Of a stretch of DNA of 64,000 bases, positions 1 through 10,905 are shown one piece after another; position 1 is the stretch's first letter; each line of letters starts with the position of its first letter. This stretch comes from Octopus sinensis. Lineage: Eukaryota. Under the pieces are notes generated by a model that saw only the letters and a list, made by a program, of their open reading frames with translations, was not told the DNA's origin and did no database searches. A program made the position numbers and the translations under genes. The stretch spans positions 206,398,001-206,462,000 of the forward strand of contig NC_042998.1 in NCBI RefSeq assembly GCF_006345805.1, in the 5' to 3' direction.

Positions 1-24
1 AACCCAGATTCGAAATTTCCCCAG

Positions 25-70
25 GACACCTGAAGAAGGCTGGAGGGTTTATCAGCCGAAACGTTGTTTT
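25..70 (+). ncRNA. Minimal type I hammerhead ribozyme motif in a Penelope-like repeat
   Basis: GACAC-CTGAAGA-A-GGCTG(loop)CAGCC-GAAA-CGTT-GTTTT. The core is intact and stem I has one mismatch. Confidence 0.7.
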
Positions 71-666
71 ATCAACAAACATGATGAGGACAAATATCTG
101 TCAAATGTAAATAATGTACATGTGTGTGTGTGTGTGTGTTTATCTTTGCTGCCACCACCACCACCACTTGGCAACCGGTGTTGGTTTGATTACATCTCTA
201 TGGGTTTAATGTTTCCACAAAAGAAATTGACAGAAGAAGCACCAGATAAAATACATAACGGCTGAGGTTGATTTATTCAAAGCATTGCCCCAGCATGACC
301 ACAGTCCAACGACTGGAACAAGCAAAAGATGCTAAGTGAGATACTAGGAGGCTGAATGAGAAGAAAGAAAGCAAACGAAGAAGAAAACGTAAGACAGAGA
401 GAGAAGGAAAGAGAGAGAGAGAGAGGAGAAGAGAAACATCGTTAAGAGATTCCGTCTGTCGTTTCCATTTGCTACACATTTTAATGAATCCAGTCTGGTT
501 GCGTCTTCTGGAATTGTGTTATAAACAAGGTAGCTACGATACCTGTAAGTACTGTCATCTAAACGGCAGGTTGCATTGTTGCAGAGGTGACAGCCAGCTC
601 CAAGTACAAGGAGAGTTACGTAAGAGAGATGATAAATAGGTCTGTGTTATAGTATTACAGTATGGT

Positions 667-1305
667 GGAGGCGCAATGGTCCAGTGGTTAGGGCAGTGGA
701 CTCGCAGTCATAAGATTGCGGCTTCGATTCCCAGACCGAGCATTGTGAGTGTTTATCGAGTGAAAACACCTAAAGCTCCACGAGGCTCCGTCAGGGGTAG
801 GTTGGCGACTCCTGCTGTACTCTTTCACAACAACTTTCTCTCACTCTTTCTGCCTGTTTCTGTTGTACCTGTATTTCAAAGGGGCCAGACTTGTCACACT
901 CTGTGTCACGGTGAATCTCCCCCGAGAACTACATTAAGGGTACATGTGTCTGTGGAGTGCTAAAGGTGGCGAGCTGGCAGAATTGTTAGCACGCCGGGCG
1001 AAATGCTTAGCGGTATTTCGCTTGCTGTTACGTTCTGAGTTCAAATTCTGCTGAGGTCGACTTTGCCTTTCATCCTTTCGGGGTCGATAAATTAAGTACC
1101 AGTCACGCACTGGAGTTGATGTAATTGACTTAATCCCTTTGACTGTCCTTGTTTGTCCTCTGTGTTTAGCCCCTTGTGGGTAGTAAAGAAATAGGTACAT
1201 GTGTCTGTGGAGTGCTCAGCCACTTGCATGTTAATTTCACGAGCACGTTGTTCTGTTGATCGGATCAACTGGAACCCTCGTCGTCGTAACTGACGGAGTG
1301 CCACA
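667..1305 (+). mobile_element. tRNA-derived SINE family C (tail i), interrupted by a family B SINE
   Basis: A box TGGTCCAGTGG, B box GCTTCGATTCC and shared core to CTTTCTCTCACTCTTTC. Near-identical heads occur at 2940, 19805, 33860, 48200, 59255 and 63810. Confidence 0.85.
962..1193 (+). mobile_element. SINE family B (GGTGGCGAGCTGGCAGAA...AAAGAAATA) with 23-bp TSD
   Basis: Flanked by GGTACATGTGTCTGTGGAGTGCT at 939-961 and 1194-1216. Contains the GCCTTTCATCCTTTCGGGGTCGATAAATTAAGTACCAG central motif. Confidence 0.9.
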
Positions 1306-1618
1306 ATTACAGTATGTTTTAGTGTTATATGACAGAGTGTAATCAAAATAAGAAAAGGGCCAAAAAAGTCAGCCAGTTTCTTATTCCTGCCTGTGACAAA
1401 ATAGTCTTGAAGTTACAGAGAGCAGAGGAAGATATTCACAGGACACAGAACTCTACTTCTTTATACAACTGCAATAACTCTAATACCTTCTCTATCAATG
1501 GTGTGCACCTTTCTAAAAGTGCCATCAAGCTAAGGTCTGTCTTGCAAATGTCAGAGAAACAAAAAGTTTTATAGGGCTTAACTGAAAATATTTTTAAAAT
1601 GTAGTTCTCATAACATAT

Positions 1619-1822
1619 ACTCTTTACTCTTTTACTTGTTTCAGTCATTTGTCTGCGGCCATGCTGGAGCACCGCCTTTAGTCGAGGAAATCGACCCCGG
1701 GACTTATTCTTTGTGAGCCCAGTACTTATTCTATCGGTCTCTTTTTGCCGAACCGCTAAGTGACGGGGACGTAAACACACCACCATCGGTTGTCAAGCAA
1801 TGCTAGGGGGACAAACACACAA

Positions 1823-1857
<35 letters not shown>

Positions 1858-2031
1858 CGTATATACGACAGGCTTCTTTCAGTTTCCGTCTACCAAATCC
1901 ACTCACAAGGCATTGGTCGGCCCGGGGCTATAGCAGAAGACACTTGCCCAAGATGCCATGCAGTGGGACTGAACCTGGAACCATGTGGTTGGTTAGCAAG
2001 CTACTTACCACACAGCCACTCCTGTGCCTAT
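1619..2031 (-). mobile_element. tRNA-derived SINE family A, full length
   Basis: Head GGAGTGGCTGTGTGGTAAG...GGTTCAGTCCC, internal (TA)n(TG)n, tail ending AAGTAAAAGAGTAAAGAG. More than 15 copies occur in the window. Confidence 0.9.
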
Positions 2032-2819
2032 GTATGCATTCAGACATTTAAAAATCTGAGTTTAAAGAATGATAATAACAGTAATTATTATTAATGGATT
2101 GTTGCCAGTGTTGCCTTACCGGAACATGTGCTGCTGGCATGTGAAAGACAACATTTGAGCCTGGTCGTTGCCAGAACCACCTGACTGGTCCTCATGCTGA
2201 TGGCATGTAAAAGCATCCACTACACTCTCGGAGTGGTTGGCCTTATGAAGGGCATCCAGCTGTAGAAACTTTGCCAGATCAGACTGAGCCAGGTGCAGCC
2301 TCTGGTTCACCAGTCCTCAAACTGTCCAATCCATGCCAGCATGGAAAGCGGATATTAAACCATGATGATGATGATGTGTCTCTGGCACCTTAATTGCCCC
2401 AAAAGGTGTCACTTTTGTCTCCACGAAACACTTTGTCTCCTACTATAACCTTCAGCTTACCAATACCTTCTAGTTGAAGCTGGTAGGTGGAAACTGTCCA
2501 GAAGATTGCCAAATGCATGTTTGTGTTTGGTGTGTCAAGTTCTATTGACACCACTTTGGCAGCAGTGAGGTTGGTTTGTTTGTATTCCTCACAATCTATG
2601 CTCCACAAGTCAGGCAAAAACCATTTAGAATAAGGTTTCCTGCAAACAGAGATAGACACCAGGAAGGACATTTGGTCACAGAATACTGTCTCCAAAAAGT
2701 CTTGTCCAACCCATGCAAGCATGGAGAAGTGGATGCTTAGCTAAAGATGAAAAAATGATGATGTGTGCATATGTATATATTGTATATATATTTGTATATG
2801 TATATGAGTCGTCTTCTTC

Positions 2820-2915
2820 TTCTCAAGCATGACATAATGCCAAAGGTCTCGGCCATTGCCTCTGTGAGGCCCAACACTTGAAAGGAATTCAGCCACTTTG
2901 CCTCTGTGAGGCCCA
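2820..2915 (-). mobile_element. RTE LINE ORF C-terminal fragment
   Basis: Encodes LGLTEAM and RDLWHYVMLEKK, the same ORF end as at 54340-54425. Confidence 0.7.
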
Positions 2916-2939
2916 ATGCTGTATATATGTGTGTGTGGA

Positions 2940-3280
2940 TGCACAATGGCCTAGTGGTTAGGGTAGTGGACTCACAGTCATGGGATCGCAGTTTCAATCC
3001 CCACACCAGGTGTTTTGAGTGAAAACACTTAAAGCTCTACGAAGCTCTGCCACGGGGTGGTGGCAAACCCTGCTGTATTCTTTCACCACAACTTTCTCTC
3101 ACTCTTTCTTCCTGTTTCTGTTGTACCTGTATTACAAAGGGCCAGCCTTGTCACACACTGTGTCATGCTGAATCTCCCCCGAGAACTACATTAAGGGTCC
3201 ACGTGTCTGTTCATGAGCAGGTTGTTCTGTTTATCGGATCAACTGGAACCCTTGTTGTCATATCTGATGGAGTGCCACGT
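2940..3280 (+). mobile_element. SINE family C (tail i, internal deletion)
   Basis: Colinear with 667-1305. Confidence 0.85.
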
Positions 3281-3291
3281 GTATATGTAGA

Positions 3292-3560
3292 TCTCTTATT
3301 ATAAAAGGCAGATTTTATCTGCCTCCCTTTGTCAGTTATAGAAATCTACAATATAGGATTTCTTCAATTACAATTTACCTAGCATTTTTAAGAGTAGAAT
3401 GCATCGGGTTTTGCCAGGTCCGGTTTTTAAAATTTAAACTCCAATTAAGCAAAATTTACAGAAAACTCACATTCTGGTGTGTATGTCAAATGCTTTTCTT
3501 AGTCTGGTTTACAGCACACGCAAACGCACACACACAGTGTGCAACGAATAAAGTGAAACT
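3292..3560 (+). mobile_element. Possible Helitron-like 5' portion
   Basis: Begins A|TCTCTTATTATAAAAGG, like the other Helitron 5' ends here. No 3' hairpin found. Confidence 0.35.
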
Positions 3561-3745
3561 AGATGTAATATTTGTTTCTGTCTATCACGCTGATAGATAC
3601 ATGAGTAAAATGTATGGCAAGCTAACAGATAAGAGTGAGTGAAAATGTTCTTGGAAGAGAGTAAATAGCGACAGAGTGATTTGAGGAAGACTAAACTGAA
3701 AGTATGAAACAGTGTTTATGTATAAACAGACAACACTTATATAAA

Positions 3746-4071
3746 CCCTTTCGTTACCAAACCGCCCGAATTTACCTATTCATATTTAAATGAGAATATC
3801 AGAGTAAATCTCTTTAGTACATTCGTGAAAACACGTATTATACTTCGTAAACACTTCAAATACAGTTTTGTACAAAAATCGAAGTGTAATTTTAATTCCG
3901 TGAATTATGGGAGATTTTTTTCCGAAATTTGTTCCTATTGTGTTTTCAAAATTTGTAATTCTGACAAAAAATGGATACAAATTTCATTATATCAAGCAGC
4001 GAGTCAGAATTTGAAGGATTTTCTACTGAAGACCTTCATAAATCTAATTCTATGACTGAAAAAAAAAAGCA
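3746..4071 (+). mobile_element. piggyBac-like element left end with start of transposase, cut off where a Helitron begins
   Basis: TAAA|CCCTTTCGTTACC terminus, shared with the TTAA MITEs at 31975-32442. Acidic N-terminus MDTNFIISSSESEFEGFSTEDL from ATG 3971. Confidence 0.6.
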
Positions 4072-4466
4072 TCTTTATATAAGAGTGAAGTTGTGTGTCT
4101 GTCTCCTACGATTTAGATTCGTAACTACTCCCACATTTTGCGGTGCAGTTTAACCAAAAGCGGGTATCTTATAGTCGTGATTCATATCGAGCCCTTCTGG
4201 GTATTAGCGCGCGTCTACGATGAGTCTACGATTTAAAAAAAATTTACCATCATATTTTTCCATTTTAATGCATTTTTTCGCTTTTATATAAGGGAAGTAA
4301 CTCTCTGAAAATATCTACGATGTGTCAACGATTTAAAAAAAAAATTTACCTTAATTTTTTTTCAATTTTTAATGCATTTTTTTGCTATTTTTTGGCTATA
4401 ACTCTCTAAAAATGCTTATATAGTTATTTCCCTTACAACCCGAGCAACGCCGGGCGATACTGCTAG
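4072..4466 (+). mobile_element. Non-autonomous Helitron family 1, copy 1
   Basis: A|TC...CCCG-AGCAACGC-CGGG hairpin...CTAG|T, with no TSD. Confidence 0.88.
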
Positions 4467-4679
4467 TATATATATAAACTTTGCTTACAAAGACCTATTG
4501 AGGCAAGTGAAATCAAATCAAAATCACTGACATGCCCAATGACGGTACCACCTGATTGGCACGTGTGCCAGTGGAACATTAAAAGCACCATCTGAGTGTG
4601 ATCATTGCCAGGGCCACTGACTGGCTCCCGTGCCGGGGCACGTATAAAACACCTTTTGAGCATGGTGCAAAATTGTGAA

Positions 4680-4992
4680 TTTATTTCAAGTCCTACAATG
4701 TCGCCCAAACATTCTGCACCTTTTAAGGTTTCTGGCAGTGAACCCAAGTGCCAGAGGAAGATGCTTACTCCAGCTATGTCCCTCACCCGCAAAAACGGAG
4801 AAGACACAGGTACTCCTAAGAGTTTAGGGAGAGTTTATAAAAGCTTAAATACGTGAAAATAAAATTAATATATACAAATTATGAAAAAAAAAAAATATAT
4901 ATACAGTACAGTACCGTTTCTACTTTGCAGATTTTTACCTATCGTGGAGGGGTTTGGGAACATAACACCTGAAATAGTCGATGGATTAGTGG
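4680..4992 (+). mobile_element. Internally deleted Tigger/pogo-like DNA transposon
   Basis: MSPKHSAPFKVSGSEPKCQRKMLT (4698-4769) resembles a Tigger transposase N-terminus. It is joined to a 3' end similar to 34879-34971. Confidence 0.6.
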
Positions 4993-5223
4993 AGTAGTGT
5001 TTTAAAATATTGCTTAAACAGCAAAGCAATTTCATGAGTGATGGAAATTATGGATTTTGTCCAGCAAATTCCCTCACAAGATTTCTTCTTTGTAAGCCTA
5101 GTACTTAGTCTAGCAATCCCTTTTGCCGAACCGCTAAGTTACGGGGTTTGTAAACACACCAACATTGGCTGTCAAGCAATGGGGAGGGGGTAACACAGAC
5201 ACACAAATACGTACATATACATA

Positions 5224-5585
5224 TAGGAGTGGCTGTGTGGCAAGTAGCTTGTTTACCAATCACATGGTTCCGAGTTCAGTCCCACTGTGTGGCACCTTGG
5301 GCAAGTGTCTTCCACTATGGCCTCGGGGAGGAACAAAGCCTTGTGAGTGGATTTGGTAGACGGAAACTGAAAAGAAGCCCGTCATATATATGTATATATA
5401 TATATATATATGCATGAGTGTGTTTGTGTGTTTGTGTTTGTCCCCGTTACTTAGCGGTTCAGCAAAAGAGACCGATAGCATAAGTACTGGGCTTTCAAAA
5501 GAATAAGTCCCGGGGTCGAGTTGCTCGATTAAAGGTGGTGCTCCAGCATGGCCGCAGTCAAATGACTGAAACAAGTAAAAGAGTA
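5224..5585 (+). mobile_element. SINE family A
   Basis: Head, (TA)n and AAGAGT-ended tail. Confidence 0.85.
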
Positions 5586-5875
5586 TACACACACACACAC
5601 AATGGGCTTCTTTCAGTTTCTGTGTACCAAATCCACTCACAAGGCTTTGGTCGGCCCGAGGCTATAGCAGAAGACACTTAAGCCACGGTGCCATGCAGTG
5701 GGACTGAACTGAAAACCATGTGTTTGGGAAGCAGACTTATTAACCACACAGCCACATTTGCACCTGTGTGTGTGTGTGTGTGTGTTTACGTGTATAGATA
5801 TAATTATCTCTGTCTCTCTGAATGTGTGTGTAGGTGTTTGCAGAAATATACAGTACTGTATGTGTGTGTATATAC

Positions 5876-6287
5876 ACTTTACTCTTTTACTTGTTTCAGT
5901 CATTTGACTGCGGCCATGCTGGAGCACCGCCTTTAGTCGAGCAAATCGACCCCGGGACTTATTCTTTGTAAGCCCAGTACTTATTCTATCGGTGTCTTTT
6001 TGCTGAACCGCTAAGTGACGGGGACGTAAACACACCAGCACCAGTTGTCAAACAATGCTAGGGGGACAAACACAGACACACAAACACATACACACACACT
6101 TATATATATATACATATATACGACAGGCTTCTTTCAGTTTCCGTCTACCAAATCCACTCACAAGGCTTTGGTCAGCCCGGGGCTATAGCAGAAGACACTT
6201 GCCCAAGATGCCACGCAGTGGGACTGAACCCGGAACCATGTGGTTGGTAAGCAAGCTACTTACCACACAGCCACTCCTGCGCCTATG
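5876..6287 (-). mobile_element. SINE family A
   Basis: Full-length copy. Confidence 0.88.
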
Positions 6288-6460
6288 TGTTGAAGTCTTT
6301 GTGTATATGAATGTGAATTGTGTATGTGTGCATGAGGCTGTTAAAGCTTGTTTGTGTGTATAATTGTATGTATATGTCGCTGCTTGTGTGTATATACATC
6401 TGTGTCTTTCAATGTATATGAACCAGCCTATATATATATATGTGTGTGTGTGTGTGTGAG

Positions 6461-6491
<31 letters not shown>

Positions 6492-7454
6492 TGATGTATG
6501 CATATGCTTGTGTGTATAACTGCATATATGTGATCTTGTATGTGTGATTTATATTTGCATGTATGTATATGTGCACATATATATATGCATGTGTAACACT
6601 GCAACAAATTACCAATCTGTTCACGGATGTTGATCCGGAAATGAATGATACGTCCATAAATCTTTCTTAATGTGATGGCTGTTTTTGAGTTATTGTTCCT
6701 GGACATCATCATCATCATCAACTTCTTGCTCATCATCATCATCATCATCATCATCATGAGCAGCAGCGGCAACAATTATTGTCACATTATTATTCAGCAC
6801 CACCATTGAGAAGAATATCGCTTTTGTCCCCTTCATAATCATCTTAAATATTGCCGCTGTTCCTCTTTTTCTTTCTTCCCCGTCAGCGTCATCAGTGGCA
6901 GCATTGTTGTCATCACCCTCCGCCCTCCCCACATCGTAATCTCGACAAAGGCCATTGTCATCACCATGACCTTATCACCTCTGTCATCAGCTCCAGCTCA
7001 CTAAATTACTTACTCTCTCTCTCTTTCTCTCGTTAAGTTATATAACAATTCATTAAGAAACAGGAGCAAGTGTCATTGATACTCCATTGATCGCTGATAG
7101 AGGGGCAATGCTTCAACATGTCTACTTTGGTGTCTTGGAGTCAGGAGTCCACTTTTAATGAAAGGTGTCAGTTTGGTCTTCCATACCCTTTTCGAGATGG
7201 CATCATAGGTTTCTTGTTGCGGTCCTTCATGTTGAACAGCAACTGTCATCTCACTCTGACCCTTCCATAACCATGTTTTTACAGAAATACACGTTACCTA
7301 CAGGTTTCATATATTATTTAAAGCAATCAAGAAATTGGGGTCAGCCCGAGACTACAGTGGAAGACACTTGCCTAAAGTGCCACACAGTGGGACTGAACCC
7401 AGAACTATGTGGTTGGGAAGCAAGCTTCTTACTACACAGCCACTCCCGCGCCCA

Positions 7455-7830
7455 TATCATCATCGTTTAACGTCCGTTCTCCATGCTAGCATGGGTTGGA
7501 CGGTTCGACCGGGGATCTGGGAAGCCAGAAGGCTGCACCAGGCTCCGGTCTTATCTGGCAATGTTTCTACAGCTGGATGCCCTTCCTAACGCCAACCACT
7601 CCGTGAGTGTAGTGGGTGCTTTTTACGTGCCACCTGCACTGGTGCCAGGCGAGGCTGGCAACGGCCACAATCGGTAGGTGCTTTTACGTGCCACCTGCAC
7701 AGGTGCCAGGCGAGGCTGGCATCAGCCATGGTCGGATTGGTGCATTTTATGGAAGCCAGTCGAGGCGGCACTGGTTTCGCCTACGATTCGGATGGTGCTT
7801 TTCACGTGCCACCGACACGGAAGCCAGTCG
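7455..7830 (-). mobile_element. 5'-truncated RTE LINE 3' UTR with hairpin-unit array and (GAT)n tail
   Basis: Plus strand begins CATCATCGTTTAACGTCCG and has repeated GGTGCTTTTTACGTGCCAC units. Confidence 0.8.
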
Positions 7831-7993
7831 ACACACACACGCACACATATGCTTCAAGAGGATGCAGTTTAGATTTTAACCCTACCTACATAATGTGTGT
7901 GTGTGTGTGTGTGTATGTGTTTCCTTGTCTGGAAATTGCATGGTTGCATGATAAGGGTAAATGATAGTTATAGATGTCAAGCAAGCATGAATA

Positions 7994-8035
<42 letters not shown>

Positions 8036-8038
8036 ATG

Positions 8039-9418
8039 CAGAATGGCTACTGAAAATTTGAAGAGTTTGAAAAAGTCACAGCTTCTTTGTCTTCAATCTT
8101 TTTAATTTTCTGTTTTGTTTTTGCAGGTTATACCAGAATCCCTTGGAGATTAAAATGGCTACGTGTGATGTCCAGCAACAAGTAAAACTCCTGGAGTTTT
8201 TTCTATTCCAGTGAAAGATCAATTATTCAAACTCAGAAAATACCGGCAACATCTGTCAGAGCATCTCCAAGCAATGACATGTTTCAGAACCTAATCACCC
8301 AGTTTGAAAGAACTGGATCAGTTGGTGATCTTCCAAGAAGAGGTCCTGAGCACACTGGAATCTGTACGACAGAGTGTCCTTAAGAGGATCCATCAGCCTC
8401 GACCTATCGTTGCTCTGCTCAACAAGGCATCACCAGAACATCGCTTCAGAAGTTTCTGAAACTGGATTTAAAAGTGTTTCTATCCAAATAAAATAATTTT
8501 AAAAAACCCTCATAGGCGCAGGAGTGGCTGTGTGGTAAGTAGCTTGCTAACCAACCACATGGTTCCGGGTTCAGTCCCACTGCGTGGCATCTTGGGCAAG
8601 TGTCTTCTGCTATAGCCTCGGGCTGACCAAAGCCTTGTGAGTGGATTTGATAGACGGAAACTGAAAGAAGCCTGTTGTATGTATGTATATGTATATATAT
8701 ATATATATATATGTGTATGTATGTGTGTGTATATGTTTGTGTGTCTGTGTTTGTCCCTCTAGCATTGCTTGACAACCGATGCTGGTGTGTTTACGTCCCC
8801 GTCATAAGTACTGGGCTTACAAAGAATAAGTCCCGGGGTTGATTTGTTTGACTAAAGGTGGTGCTCCAGCATGGCTGCAGTCAAATGACTGAAACAAATA
8901 AAAGAGTAAAAGAGTATCATCATCGTTTAACGTCCGTTTTCCACGCTAGCACGGATTGGACAGTTAGGACTGGGAAGCCAGGTAGCTGCACCAGGCTCCA
9001 GTCTGATTTGGCAGTGTTTCTACAGCTGGATGCTCTTACTAATGCCAACCACTCCACGAGTGTAGTGGGTGCTTTTTACGTCCCACTGGCACAGGTGTCA
9101 GGCGAGGCTGGCAAGCGGCCACGATGGGATGGTGCTTTTTACGTGCCACTGGCACAGAAGCCAGTCAAGGCGGTGCTGGCATCGGCCACATTCGGATGGT
9201 GCAAGGGATCACAACTTGCTTTTTACGTGCCACTGGCACAGAGATCACAACTACGATTTCCATTGATTTTTGATGTTGATGTACTTCACTCAATAGGTCT
9301 CCTCAAGCGCAGTGTGTATATATATATATCATCATCATCATCCAAAATAATTAAAAAACCATGTGTTTGTAAAAGTTATTTTTGTTTTATATCATCCAGT
9401 CTTTCTGTGGTCACCCTG
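8039..9418 (+). mobile_element. Decayed Tc1/mariner transposon, interrupted by a SINE A (8513-8916) and an RTE fragment (8917-9310)
   Basis: FERTGSVGDLPRRG (8303-8344) and SAQQGITRTSLQKFLKLDLK are HTH-region motifs. Right terminus GGTCACCCTG|TA at ~9418, with a degenerate left TIR at ~8039. Confidence 0.65.
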
Positions 9419-9560
9419 TATAAACATATACACATACACATCCATCCACAAACGGATGGATGTGTATGTTTATACAGGGTGACCACAGAAAGACTGGATG
9501 ATATAAAACAAAAATAACTTTTACAAACACATGGTTTTTTAATTATTTTGGATGATGATG
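9333..9560. repeat. Near-perfect palindrome (~105-bp arms, 6-nt loop)
   Basis: The arms are exact reverse complements apart from an 8-nt insertion in the left arm. Loop ACAAAC at 9448-9453. Confidence 0.95.
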
Positions 9561-10098
9561 GTGTGCTCTGCGTGAGAAGACTTGGCAGGACAAGTGAAAC
9601 CATAACCCATGACCTCTACATGGGAAGTGCCAGTCCATTTATGCATACCTTTCCTTCTTAGGACACAAAACTACTTGTGAAGACCTGTTGAGGCAAGTGA
9701 GAATCAAAATCAATCAGCATCAATGGAAATTGCAGCTGTGATACCAGTGCCGGTGGCACATAAGAGAACCATCCGAACGTGGCTGTTGCCAGCGCTGCCT
9801 CAACTAGCCTCGTGCCGGTGGCATGTAAAAAACACCATCCGTTCATGGCCGTTGCCAGCCTCGCCTGGCACGTAAAAAGCACCATCCCATCGTGGCCGCT
9901 TGCCAGCCTTGTCTGGTACCTATGCCGGTGGAACATAAAAAGCACCCACTACACTCACGGAGTGGTTGGCATTAGGAAGGGCATCCAGCTGTAGAAACTC
10001 TGCCAGATCAGACTGGAGCCTGGTGCAGCCTTCTGGCTTCTCGAACCGTCCAACCCATGCTAGCATGGAAAGCAGATGTTAAACGATGATGATGATGA
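9560..10098 (+). mobile_element. RTE LINE 3' end (ORF terminus, 3' UTR array, (GAT)n)
   Basis: Starts at the ALREKTWQDK-like ORF end and finishes GTTAAACGATGATGATG. Confidence 0.8.
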
Positions 10099-10150
10099 TA
10101 TGTGTGTGTGTTGGTTAATGCAGAAGCTACCAGTTGATGAATAGCAAGTG

Positions 10151-10324
10151 AGGGTTAATGAGTACAGCAATTAAATTAGTATGCAGGTAGGTGTTCATTG
10201 GGGTTCAGTTATCAGTCCACTCCTATTTATGCTGATAGGCCTCCCAGTCATAAGAGAGGAATTTAAGACGGGTTGCCCATGGAAACTCCTCTAGGATGAT
10301 GACCTCACTCCTATAGCTGAAACA
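10151..10324 (+). mobile_element. RTE reverse transcriptase fragment (pseudogenised)
   Basis: VGVHWGSVISPLLF...EEFKTGCPWKLL*DDDL corresponds to the QGSVLSPLLF and LLYADDL RT motifs. Confidence 0.8.
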
Positions 10325-10327
10325 GTA

Positions 10328-10905
10328 GTCATCATCATCATCATCGTTTAACGTCTGCTTTCCATGCTAGCATGGGTTGGACGATTTGACAGGTCTTGTG
10401 AACCAGATAGCTGCACCAGGCTCCAATCTTGATCTGGCAGAGTTTCTATGGCTGGATGCCCTTCCTAATGCCAACCACTCTGAGAGTGTAGTGGGTGATT
10501 TTACATGCCACCGGCACGAGGGCCAATCAGGCGGTACTGGCAACAGCCACGCTCAAATGGTGCCTTTTATGTGCCACTTGAACAGAAGCCAGTTCAGCGG
10601 CATTGGTAATGACCTCGCTCGAATATTTTTTCATGTGGCTCCAGCACAAGTGCCAGTAAGGCGACGCTGGTAACAATCATGCGTGAATGGTGCTTTTTAC
10701 GTGCCACCAGCATGGATGCCAGTTCGTTGCTCTGGCAATGATCACGCTCAGATGGTTCTCTTAGCACTCCACTAGCACAGATGCCAGTCATCGAGATTTC
10801 GATTTCACTTGCCTGAACAGGTCCTCACAAGCAGAATTTAGTTTCCGATGAGGGAAAGGTATGCATTACATAGGTGGGCTGGTTACACCCCTGGCATAGG
10901 CCACC
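10328..10905 (-). mobile_element. RTE 3' UTR fragment with ~5 hairpin units
   Basis: Colinear with 16657-17250 and 26628-27126. Confidence 0.8.

Noticed and set aside
667-745. tRNA-like sequences at SINE heads
   Set aside because: They have A/B boxes but continue into SINE bodies and lack a full cloverleaf and acceptor stem, so they are not tRNA genes.
1436-1600. Minus-strand phase-1 open segment after attttcag (KPYKTFCFSDICK...)
   Set aside because: The phase fits, but the peptide does not resemble the expected R7 DHEX exon (AIYLxKR).
7070-7300. VYFCK after an acceptor-like AG (similar to the next RGS exon) and a 58-aa frame faintly like Tc1
   Set aside because: An in-frame stop follows the VYFCK segment, and the similarity is too short to call.
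7607-7830. CRISPR-like repeat/spacer look of the GGTGCTTTTTACGTGCCAC arrays
   Set aside because: The spacers are homologous to each other, the array is part of a dispersed RTE 3' UTR with a (GAT)n tail, there are no cas genes and the DNA is eukaryotic.
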